Positions 25,987 to 34,422 of a stretch of 64,000 nucleotides of DNA are shown here, in pieces. Every line of letters starts with the position of its first letter. Within the stretch, counting starts at the first letter, position 1. Source of the stretch: an uncultured virus (IMG/VR IMGVR_UViG_3300037493_005562) (Duplodnaviria; Heunggongvirae; Uroviricota; Caudoviricetes); the IMG/VR virus record IMGVR_UViG_3300037493_005562; one strand, given 5' to 3'. A program made the position numbers and the translations under genes. The notes under the pieces are model-generated. The model did no database searches, was not told where the DNA came from, and was given only the letters and a program-made list of their open reading frames with translations.

Positions 25987-26754
25987 CTAGACTTTACCTG
26001 CTCGCAGTTTAGTCCAATATCCCCGTGCTGGAAGAGCAATGCCTCGGCGTCTACACCGATGGGCGACTGCATTACCCGAAACCCCTAATTGTCGTGCGAT
26101 AACGCTTGGTGGAACCTGCCACACCTTTACCGCCAGTTCCGAATCTACAGGCCACTGAGCACGTTCCTTCCTTGGAGGGTTACACTGTGAGCAAGTACGG
26201 GAAGCTCGCTGCTTGGTATTCCCACACTCACACAAGGAAGGGAGAGCCCTCCGCCGAGTCTTCCTACCTGCGGGACCTACGCCGCCATCCGTGTTCGTCT
26301 GGGAATGGCAGTTAGGGCACACGAAGCGTAGATTCTCCGGCCGATTATCCCAAGCTTTTCCGTTGATATGGTCCACCTCCAGCCGTAGAGGCCGCCCATT
26401 CCAGAACGGTTGTAGCCCACACTCACTGCACTTCAACTCCCGCCCAATCTCGATAAGCTTGCGCCGAAGGAGAGCGCCACGACACGGCCGGGTCAACTCG
26501 GGCCCCACAACAAGGATCTCGTCGGGCCTACGATACGAAGGAGACTTGCGGGCACTCCACGGTAGTAGACCCCGTTGCTGGGCACCTTTCATGTGGCTCA
26601 CATCCAAGCCGTACCTAACGATCAATCGTTGAATGTGACCGTAGTTTCCCCCGGAGGCGCGGAGACCAAGTACCCTGAGTACCCCCGCGATTGAAGGGGA
26701 AGTCTTAACGACTGGAGCTAACAATTCTCTGGTGTACTTGGTAGTCTTGCCCAT
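25987..26754 (-). CDS. HNH homing endonuclease inserted in tRNA array 2
   Basis: KCSECG..WNG..LEVDHINGKAWDNRPENLRFVCPNCHSQT; own promoter TTGACG-N17-TACAGT. Confidence 0.9.
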   Translation of the reverse strand: MGKTTKYTRELLAPVVKTSPSIAGVLRVLGLRASGGNYGHIQRLIVRYGLDVSHMKGAQQRGLLPWSARKSPSYRRPDEILVVGPELTRPCRGALLRRKLIEIGRELKCSECGLQPFWNGRPLRLEVDHINGKAWDNRPENLRFVCPNCHSQTNTDGGVGPAGRKTRRRALPSLCECGNTKQRASRTCSQCNPPRKERAQWPVDSELAVKVWQVPPSVIARQLGVSGNAVAHRCRRRGIALPARGYWTKLRAGKV

Positions 26755-26791
26755 GACCGCACTGTATGCCAATACCAGAAATACGTCAAGG

Positions 26792-26868
26792 GGTGCCGTC
26801 GGGGGAACTCGAATCCCCACATTACTGCCGTCTCAGGGCAGCTCCTCTACCAATTGGGATACGACGGC
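26792..26868 (-). tRNA. tRNA-Leu(GAG), no variable arm
   Basis: CTGCC-CTGAGAC-GGCAG; 6-nt variable loop; A73. Confidence 0.88.
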
Positions 26869-26877
26869 GAACTAAAG

Positions 26878-26956
26878 GGTGCCCTCGCCCGGACTCGAAC
26901 CGGGACGTTAACTGGGTCTGAGCCAGCCTCCTCTACCAAGATTGGGATACGAGGGC
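26878..26956 (-). tRNA. tRNA-Leu(CAG), no variable arm
   Basis: GCTGG-CTCAGAC-CCAGT; 6-nt variable loop; A73. Confidence 0.88.
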
Positions 26957-26961
26957 ATGAA

Positions 26962-27054
26962 TGGTGGGCGGAGAGGGAGTTGAACCCCCAGAGTTTACCC
27001 GAATGGGACTGGTTTTACAGACCAGCGCGACCTACCGATAGTCGCCATCCGCCC
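26962..27054 (-). tRNA. tRNA-Tyr(GTA)
   Basis: CTGGT-CTGTAAA-ACCAG; long variable arm; ACCA end. Confidence 0.9.
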
Positions 27055-27061
27055 GTAACAG

Positions 27062-27135
27062 GGGTCAAGTCCAGGATCGAACTGGCTATTCTGCCTTTTC
27101 AGAGCAGCGAGGACACCGATGTCCTCCCCAAGACC
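27062..27135 (-). tRNA. tRNA-Phe(GAA), atypical
   Basis: CTGCT-CTGAAAA-GGCAG; two U-U mismatches in acceptor stem; C discriminator. Confidence 0.7.
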
Positions 27136-27143
27136 AAAGAAAA

Positions 27144-27219
27144 TGCGGACGGTCGGATTCGAACCGACAAACGAAGTCTTTTGAGGACCCCTGGTATACC
27201 AAGTTCCCTGCACGTCCGC
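27144..27219 (-). tRNA. tRNA-Leu(CAA), no variable arm; first gene of array 2
   Basis: GGGTC-CTCAAAA-GACTT; 5-nt variable loop. Confidence 0.85.
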
Positions 27220-27311
27220 GTGAAGTCGTCATCTTGATTCAGGATGTCAGAGATCGAGAAGCCGCTGCCAGGAACCGTTCCCTGCTTCGCCGCCCTCGAC
27301 CCTCTGGTCCC

Positions 27312-27356
27312 AAAAAGAGGAAACCCCCCTGGACCGTCGTGGTCGAGGGGGGTCCC
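27312..27356 (-). terminator. Attenuator terminator upstream of tRNA array 2
   Basis: GGACCCCCCTCGACC-ACGAC-GGTCCAGGGGGGTTTCC followed by TCTTTTT. Confidence 0.85.
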
Positions 27357-27375
27357 GTACCATCTGTCACGATGG

Positions 27376-27492
27376 CTACGTCGCCGCCCCCGGCGTCGAA
27401 AGCAGATAGGAACTCGACCATGAGCTATAAAAGCTCGTGGTGAGGGCCGTAAAGCTCTCGGACAGACGGGTGGTGGCGCGCAAGGTCTTCAT
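27376..27492 (-). CDS. Putative attenuation leader peptide of tRNA array 2 (38 aa, MKTLRATTRLSESFTALTTSFYSSWSSSYLLSTPGAAT)
   Basis: Starts ~9 nt below the -10 box; run of 13 S/F/Y/W/L codons; stop codon lies inside the antiterminator. Confidence 0.82.
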   Translation of the reverse strand: MKTLRATTRLSESFTALTTSFYSSWSSSYLLSTPGAAT

Positions 27493-27501
27493 GTTGCCTT
27501 G

Positions 27502-27530
27502 AATGTACTCGGTACGGTTACGGGGCGCAA
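27502..27530 (-). promoter_or_regulatory. Sigma70-type promoter of tRNA array 2
   Basis: TTGCGC-N17-TACATT; near-identical to the array-1 promoter. Confidence 0.8.
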
Positions 27531-27576
27531 GGGCGGCGCAAGAAAAAAGTGAGGGGTCGGCGTTCAATGCCATAAA

Positions 27577-28629
27577 CTAGGGCTTCGGGATGACGGCCCC
27601 TCCAGACACGAACCATGTACCCGTGGGCAAGTCGGCAGGTTGCGACCCCTGCCACTGAAGCAAGAACGAACCTGAAATGTTGCCGTTTGGCAGCCCCCAG
27701 GTGACGGGGCCCACGATGTCTTCACAGATCACGCGTACGTCGCTGATGCCGTTGATCGAGCCCCCCGGGACCGAGAAGAAGGCTGCTGCTGCCAATACAC
27801 CGTTCTGTGCGTGGATCGAGATGTCTTGCAGGGACATGTTGGCAACGCCCGTGCCCTTAAACATCACCCACTGCTGCGAGTTACACTGAATGGTGCCGTT
27901 CTTGAACGTACCGTTCGCGTTCGTGTTGAAGATCGGGGTACCTCCCGTGGCGGTCCAGAGATCCGAGTTCCACTCGAACCGCTGAAGGTGAAGGCCCTCG
28001 CCTGCCACGGCACCAGGACTGTCACACTCAAAGACGACCCCGTTGATCGTGATGACGTCCCCCCAGATTCCCTGCGCCTTGATCACACAGGTGGCGCCAG
28101 ATCCCCACATCACGACGTCCTCGAACACGAGCGTCGTACTGAGCCAATCTTGCACAAACGCGGGGGCTGAGAAGAACATGGTCAGGTTCTTGAAGGTGAT
28201 GTTCTCACCTCCTGCCGCAGGACCGGGGCTGTTTACTGTGAGAGTGTAGTCAGGATTGAAGCGCCGGAACTTCGGATCCCGCGTCGAGTAGATCACGAGA
28301 GGGTGTGTGCCCAGGTACTCCTGGCCCACCTCAACGGGGTTCCAGTCATGCTCTTGATCTTCACGAAGGCGACAGAGAATCGTAGTTCCAGCAGGGAACG
28401 CCGCCTGACCCACCGTGATGGCGGCTCCAACCGAAGGGTAGATCCGTCGAGCGGCATCCACTGCGGCGAGCAGATCGATGTAGTATTCATTCGTGGCAAC
28501 GAAAGGCGCGCTGGAGGGAGCCGCAGCGATCATCGCCGCGACTTCCGTACCCGAGGGGTACTGTCCCGCGCCCGTGCCCGTAGGAACGTCGCCAAAGCCG
28601 TGCGCGTGGTTGGGAATGTGTTCGCCCAT
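27577..28629 (-). CDS. Hypothetical beta-rich protein (possible beta-helix or receptor-binding protein)
   Basis: ITFKNLT, LVFEDVV, FKNGTI type strands; RBS present. Confidence 0.6.
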   Translation of the reverse strand: MGEHIPNHAHGFGDVPTGTGAGQYPSGTEVAAMIAAAPSSAPFVATNEYYIDLLAAVDAARRIYPSVGAAITVGQAAFPAGTTILCRLREDQEHDWNPVEVGQEYLGTHPLVIYSTRDPKFRRFNPDYTLTVNSPGPAAGGENITFKNLTMFFSAPAFVQDWLSTTLVFEDVVMWGSGATCVIKAQGIWGDVITINGVVFECDSPGAVAGEGLHLQRFEWNSDLWTATGGTPIFNTNANGTFKNGTIQCNSQQWVMFKGTGVANMSLQDISIHAQNGVLAAAAFFSVPGGSINGISDVRVICEDIVGPVTWGLPNGNISGSFLLQWQGSQPADLPTGTWFVSGGAVIPKP

Positions 28630-29088
28630 GACTTCTTCCCCAGGAACGAGTGGTGCCTGGGAAACGTATCACGGCGCGAGACGGTCCGACACGGCTACTT
28701 GGGGAGCAGTGCCCCGAGCTTCTTCGCGATTTCGTCCTGGCCCTTCGACTTCGCGAGATCCCGGATCACCTCGATCTCCTTGTGGGTGTTCTCCAGGTGA
28801 TCGATCGCGACTCGGGCCTTCGTGAGCCACGGTTTCGCCGCAGGCATCATCGTCCCGACCATCTGCTCAGCGGTCGCGAGGGTGGTCTTCAACTCGGACA
28901 GTTCACGCTTGTTCAAGGGATCCTCAGGGATGCAGGTACGGAGAACGGGAGCCCGAAGGTATCGAGGAAGCACTACATCGTCAACACCTGCTCCCCCCCT
29001 CGGACTGTCTTAAAAAAAGACCTCGACAGAGAGAGGACCTCGGGTGATACTTCGGGCGTCCAAGAGTCGCATCCTAACCGGATTCCCG

Positions 29089-29390
29089 CTGTCACCGACC
29101 TCCTGTATCACCAACCTCCGGACGAGGTCGGTTACGGAGGTCGGTTACACCTCTCAATGGCCTATAGAGCACACTGTCACCAACCTCTCCAACCTGAGGG
29201 GTGTGTTTCCGGGAAGACCTATAGAAACTTTTGGGAAAAACTTTCAAAACTTTTGAAACTCTCCTACAACCTTTCTAGAACCCCTTTAGGTTGGTTAGGT
29301 TGGTGACAAGATAGATAGAGAGGGGATCTCCAACCCCAACACCAACCGAAAAATCGGTCGGGTACAAACACCCCGTTGGTGACACCCCCG
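29089..29390. repeat. Iteron-like repeat cluster around an AT-rich patch (candidate replication origin)
   Basis: Several copies of TGTCACCRACCT / AGGTYGGTKACA in both orientations; AT-rich 29220-29280. Confidence 0.55.
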
Positions 29391-29615
29391 TTGAGTAAGA
29401 AAGTACAGCTTTTCGGCTAAGTACCTGCACAATACTCCAGAAGTAGTCATCACTATGCATAGATCGCGCCAAGTCTAAAACACGTCCGTTTTGACCCTCT
29501 GCATAGACCACGCCACAGGTCATTTTATCCAAAAGGTGCAACTCGCCGGACAGAGTGAAACCCCTTCGGCCGAGTGAAACCCCTTCATCCGAATGAAACC
29601 ACTCGAACCGAGTCG

Positions 29616-29650
29616 CACACAAACAAAACCACCCGCATGACGCGGGTGGC
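29616..29650 (-). terminator. Intrinsic terminator
   Basis: GCCACCCGCG-TCA-TGCGGGTGGT followed by TTTGTTTGT. Confidence 0.75.
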
Positions 29651-29703
29651 AGGTTCGTCTTCGGGATGCGTGTAGTGCCGTCGCGTAGTTACGGCAAGGC
29701 GAG

Positions 29704-30399
29704 CTACTCGTTCTTCTTGACCGCGTCCTTGATCTCTTCCACGACTTCCTTGATGTCTGCGATGACGGCCTTGACGTCGCCCTCTTTCACGTCCTGCACG
29801 CCCTTCACGACGTCTCCGACAACGTCCTTGGCAACGCCTACGAGCTTTGCGTTCCCCATGACCTTGCGAACCGCGCGGACCTTTTGCACTTCTCGGTACT
29901 GAGAGTGGGCGAGAACAGTGATGCCCGCAGCGGCTACGGCGCGAAACAGCGTGCTCTGATCCAGAGGGTGTCCCTGCATCACGTCCGCGAGTGCGCGAAC
30001 GGCAACTGCCGCAACCACCGTGATGACCGGAAGCAGGAAGCGGATCTGCTCGGCCTTCTCGCCAGCCACCTTCCGAACCGCCTGGACGGTGAACCACGCG
30101 AGGAGAACCACCGAGGGATCCGTTACATCCACCGGAACACCGGCTTCGGTAGCGGCCTTGGCAGCAGCCGTGGTAGCGGGGTCGACGAGAAGGGTGCCGA
30201 CTTCAACAGTGGCAGGGACCGCCACTGCGAGAGCGTCCGCTGCGGGAGCAGGGACGCCGACGGGCGCCCCCGCTGCGGGAGCGGTGACAGGTGCATCCGT
30301 TGCGGGAGCGGTGACGACGACAGGGGCGTCCACGACCGGAACGACGACCGGTGCTGCTGGAACGTCCGTTACAACGACGGGATCAGGAGGTGTTACCAT
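29704..30399 (-). CDS. Membrane protein, possible holin
   Basis: Pro/Ala/Val-rich N-terminus, about three hydrophobic segments, charged C-terminus. Confidence 0.55.
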   Translation of the reverse strand: MVTPPDPVVVTDVPAAPVVVPVVDAPVVVTAPATDAPVTAPAAGAPVGVPAPAADALAVAVPATVEVGTLLVDPATTAAAKAATEAGVPVDVTDPSVVLLAWFTVQAVRKVAGEKAEQIRFLLPVITVVAAVAVRALADVMQGHPLDQSTLFRAVAAAGITVLAHSQYREVQKVRAVRKVMGNAKLVGVAKDVVGDVVKGVQDVKEGDVKAVIADIKEVVEEIKDAVKKNE

Positions 30400-30578
30400 G
30401 GTGGTGTCTCTCAGGAACGAGGTGCCCCGAAGATACCCCGACGCGCGAGAGGTAGCTACTGTTCAGTTAGATAGTGGCTTTTTATAACGCCTGGAGGAGG
30501 CCCCGCGTAGTATCTAAGAGAGGGTTCGGTCCTTTTGGGTTACGCTACACTTCTCGACACCACAACCCGGGACATCTC

Positions 30579-31682
30579 ATGTGCGGAGTATTCGGAGCGC
30601 AGTTCACTGCGGACGCAACCGATGTGCAGCGCGCCCTCGCCCTCGCGGTGCTTGGCTACGCGAACGACGAGCGTGGTGACATGTCCTGGGGCATTTTTGG
30701 GTCTGAGTCCCCTACGGCACCCTGGGAAATTCAGAAGGACAAAGGTTCTATTCTGTACGCGCCCGTCGTGTGGTGGTCGAAGTTCACGACGGCCGCGGGT
30801 CACACCCGGTGGGCGACAACAGGTGCCGTCAACAAGGCGAACGCACATCCCTACCTCATCGGTAATACGATCGGTCTGCACAACGGCACGATATCGAACC
30901 ATGACGAGCTAAACTGGAAGTATAGCCGGAAGTTCCAGGTCGACTCCATGCACCTCGTCGCCCATGTTGACGAGGACCGGGACCTGACGGAGATCGCGAG
31001 CTACGGCACGCTCGTGTTTGCGAAGGTGGACGAGCCTGGGAGGATCTACCTCGGGAGTTGGAACGGTGGGGATCTCGCTGTGTACCGCACACCAATCGGA
31101 ATCCTCTGGTCCTCCGTCGCGAGCGCCGTCAAACAAGCCGTCAGCGCGCTCGACATTCAGGGCACACCCGTCCAGCTCGAAGAGCGGATGCTCTACGTCA
31201 TTCACGACTGTGATATTTTCGAGGAGGAGTCGAATTTCTTCACGTGCGAGAAGCGGGCGATCAAAGCGTGGGACGCACACAAGAAGCAAGGCGTGACCTC
31301 CCCTCCTCTGGCGACGGGCAAGGTCTCGAACTTCCTGCTCGACAATGCAGCAGAGGCGGAGTGGCGCGCCCTTTTCGACGAGGCCGACGCGCGTATCTCG
31401 GATCGAGAGTTGGCCGAAGTTGCTCAGGCCCTGGAAGAGGAGGACAGCGGATGGGAGTGGCAGCCGGAGACCGCTCCCGTCCTTACGCGGGAGGACCGAC
31501 AAGTTTGCATGCGCCTCGCCCTTTCCCACGGCATGTCGCAGAACGAAGCACGACGTGTTTTCGACGCGGAGTTCGACCCCTTTGATAAGGGAGATCCCCT
31601 GTATTGGGATGAAACATCCGGCGAGTTTATGCGCACGCTGTTCGTGAAGTGTACGCGCGCGGTGCGTGACGCCGGAGTTTAG
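30579..31682 (+). CDS. Class II glutamine amidotransferase domain protein
   Basis: MCGVFG N-terminal Cys; ERG; GHTRWATTG; NAHPY; HNGTI; VDS. Confidence 0.85.
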   Translation: MCGVFGAQFTADATDVQRALALAVLGYANDERGDMSWGIFGSESPTAPWEIQKDKGSILYAPVVWWSKFTTAAGHTRWATTGAVNKANAHPYLIGNTIGLHNGTISNHDELNWKYSRKFQVDSMHLVAHVDEDRDLTEIASYGTLVFAKVDEPGRIYLGSWNGGDLAVYRTPIGILWSSVASAVKQAVSALDIQGTPVQLEERMLYVIHDCDIFEEESNFFTCEKRAIKAWDAHKKQGVTSPPLATGKVSNFLLDNAAEAEWRALFDEADARISDRELAEVAQALEEEDSGWEWQPETAPVLTREDRQVCMRLALSHGMSQNEARRVFDAEFDPFDKGDPLYWDETSGEFMRTLFVKCTRAVRDAGV

Positions 31683-31689
31683 GGCCTCA

Positions 31690-32188
31690 TTACGGGCGAC
31701 CGCCTGAGCCCCGAAGGACCATCGACCCGTCTTCCCCTACGCACACGTCTGACAGAAGTACGCCTGTGACCTTGTGGAAGGTGTAGCCGTTCTTGTCTAC
31801 GAGTTCCGCGACGTGCAGCCACGTCTCACGATTCGCGAGGTTTTGCATCGCCTGCTCGCCGTCGAAACGCCCTCTGGTGGAGTTTCTGAAGCCTGTGTCG
31901 ATCGTTGTGCCTACGGCAGCTAGAAAGCCCTTGTACCTCCACATCGACGCGTTGTTCGCTGCATCGTCGGGACCGTGTCGCAGAACGATAACGGGGTAGG
32001 GCTGTCCGTCGTCGGGTTGGAACGTGATCCTGCCGAGAAGGACGTCGGGATCCCCCTTGCTTGCTTGGAGTCACGGTCACGTCATCCAGCCAGCGCCCGT
32101 GGACGAGTCCAAGCGGAACAGGGTGGACCCACTGCCGGGAGGGTCGGAATTGAGCCGCAGTCTCCATCGGCTTCACCTTAGTAGCCAT
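31690..32188 (-). pseudogene. Hypothetical gene frameshifted at (CAAG)3
   Basis: Removing one CAAG unit joins ...DVTVTPSK to GDPDVLLGRITFQ...MWRYKG. Confidence 0.5.
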
Positions 32189-32933
32189 CGACTTCATCGC
32201 CGTCAGAGGCAGCGTCCACGCCGGAGATCACACCTTCCGGCGTGAGCATCGCTGTGGGCGCCCACCCAGGTCCACGCGCGAACGCGAGCCACTTCTCGTA
32301 CGTTGTCGTGTCGTGACCGAACGTCGAAGCGTTGTTGTCCGCGAGCCAGCGCGCGAGCTTCTCCGGGGTATCGAACACGGGGGACTGGGGTGAGCCCTCG
32401 GTCGTGTTCTCCCAGAGCTGATAACCCTCGCCCGCCGGAGGCTCGAAGTTCTCCCATGCCTCATAGGCGACCTTCGCTTCGGGGCTTGACCAGATTCGCC
32501 CGTCTTCGTCGCACCCCGAGGTGCACTTCCCCCACACGCCGAGACGTTTCGCGCGCGTTTCGAGGCAGATCCACTGGTTGATCGAGTCGTGTCCGAGGAA
32601 GGCCCCCCTTGACCAAGCGTTGATCTCGTCCGCAGTAGGCTGGTGCGGCGGGTCCTTCGGCTTCCAGCCGTCTTCGCGCGTCCAGGCATGCGTGAAGTCC
32701 TTCAGGCGCCCACCCTTGACGAGAGCGTCGACCTCGTCCTGCGTGAGTTTGTTCATCCAGCGCTCACCCGTGTACCACGCGTTTTGGATCTTATTCGTCG
32801 CCGGGTTGTGGGTCGTCCCGAAGCACTACGGGCACTCTCGCGACTCCGCGTAGTGCGGGTTCAGGTACCCGTGCCAGATTTCGTCGAGCGGCCAGTCGAA
32901 GTCGAGGGCCACACGCTTGATTTCACGTCCCAT
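32178..32933 (-). pseudogene. Phage-type hypothetical gene with in-frame TAG at codon 36
   Basis: MGREIKRVALDFDWPL..ECP*CFG.. continues in frame into MNKLTQ..EGYQLWENTTEGSPQSPVF. Confidence 0.7.
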
Positions 32934-32934
32934 G

Positions 32935-33366
32935 TCAGTACCCCTGGAGGAGGGCTGCGGCGTCAGCCTTGCGACGCGTAGCGTCGAGCCGAATCCAGTC
33001 GCTCTGCTCGTAGCCGTTCTTCATTCGCGTGAGCGTTGGGTCCACGAGGTCGTTGAAATCGCCCGCGTTGAAACGAGCCAGGAAGTCCGTAACTGCCTGG
33101 GGGGGATTGGCGGGGTCTGTGATCTGGCAGTCCGCGAAGGTGAATCGTGCCGAAGGCTTTGCGCCCTTCATCCCAACGAGCCTGAGCCCGCTCCAGGTGT
33201 CGCAGTGGAGGTAGATCCCAGCAATCACAGGGTTCGCCCAATCACTGTTGGGAACCCCCTTGGCGCCCTGCTTGCGCAAGGACTCGGCGACTTCCTCGGC
33301 CGTGTCACCGAGCGACGCGACGTACTCGTTGATCTTCATGTCAAAATCCGAGGTATTCGAGGTCAT
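32935..33366 (-). CDS. Hypothetical protein
   Basis: Coherent ORF in operon. Confidence 0.6.
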   Translation of the reverse strand: MTSNTSDFDMKINEYVASLGDTAEEVAESLRKQGAKGVPNSDWANPVIAGIYLHCDTWSGLRLVGMKGAKPSARFTFADCQITDPANPPQAVTDFLARFNAGDFNDLVDPTLTRMKNGYEQSDWIRLDATRRKADAAALLQGY

Positions 33367-33847
33367 CTTCGGTGAGCGCCCATTCGTCCTGCATGTACGC
33401 CACGCCGGTCTGGGACCACTCCTTGATGGGCTTCAGGTTGCGCTGGATGCGTTCGAGCTTCTCGACGGCTTCCTTCTCGGTCTCGATGAGCTGCTTCTCG
33501 GTCAGGATGTTGTTGACGACACCCGCGCCGATGACGCGCTCCTCGCCCTCGCCCCGTTGTCCGCCCGGTGCCGCTGCGCCCGCGTTGCTGGAGATGGAGT
33601 AGGACATCTTCGCGCCACGGGACGAGTTGCTCACCATGTCGTTGGCGTACTGCGCGAGGATTTCGGACATGTCGGAGTCGGAGATTTCGTACTCCTCGCG
33701 AACACGAGCGACGCGCGCTTCGCGCTCGGTGATCTTGGCGCGGACGGCGACGAGCTTGATGCCGACCTTCTCCAGGATTTCGGCGGTGGACTTCTGGTAC
33801 GCGAAGCGAAGGGAGGCGCGGATAGCGTGGACGTTCGGACTTGCCAT
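33341..33847 (-). CDS. Hypothetical coiled-coil protein
   Basis: AGGAG RBS; strong GC3 bias. Confidence 0.7.
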   Translation of the reverse strand: MASPNVHAIRASLRFAYQKSTAEILEKVGIKLVAVRAKITEREARVARVREEYEISDSDMSEILAQYANDMVSNSSRGAKMSYSISSNAGAAAPGGQRGEGEERVIGAGVVNNILTEKQLIETEKEAVEKLERIQRNLKPIKEWSQTGVAYMQDEWALTEDDLEYLGF

Positions 33848-34089
33848 GTTCAGATGCTCCTAGTTTGAAACGTACGGGAAAGGGGAAGGAGAAGATGCGC
33901 CGAGCGTCTCGCTGCCATCCATACACAGCACGGCATCGAGCGGAGCCACGTGACAGGTAAAGCCACAGCGCACACACCTCACGATGATGAACGCGCTACC
34001 AGGGCCCATCCGATCTGGCGTGTACGAGAGCCCCCGCGTTTCCGGCGCGGCTCCACACTTGGGACAGCTTTCCTTAGGATCGAACCTTT

Positions 34090-34422
34090 TCATCGCCTCT
34101 CCCACAGCGCAACCGCGCTCACGACAGCACCCACGGCCTGGAACACGCCCAAGGCGATCTGGAACCGGTCCACCTTGCCGCCCAGGATGAGGACCGCGGA
34201 CACGCCGACGAGAGGTCCGATGATCGCAATCCACAACCCTGCGGAGTATCCGAGTCCGGTCAGGATGGACGCGATGCTGTACAGCACGATGGCCGAGATC
34301 GCGACGAAGTACCGACCTCGTTTCTCGTGGAAGGGCGCTGGATCTTGGGAAAGCTCCACGAGCCGGAGCACGTGACCTCCGACCCCGGCGCCGAAGAGAA
34401 GACCTGAAACGAAGAGGTTCAT
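34090..34422 (-). CDS. Small multi-pass membrane protein
   Basis: About four hydrophobic segments. Confidence 0.6.
   Translation of the reverse strand: MNLFVSGLLFGAGVGGHVLRLVELSQDPAPFHEKRGRYFVAISAIVLYSIASILTGLGYSAGLWIAIIGPLVGVSAVLILGGKVDRFQIALGVFQAVGAVVSAVALWERR

Noticed and set aside
27245..27308. SRP RNA-like hairpin between terminator 2 and the first tRNA
   Set aside because: A hairpin exists but lacks the GNRA-capped CAGG/AGCA domain IV motif
32826..32828. Genome-wide amber recoding
   Set aside because: Only one in-frame TAG was seen; many genes and both leaders end cleanly at TAG, and no CUA-anticodon tRNA is in the window
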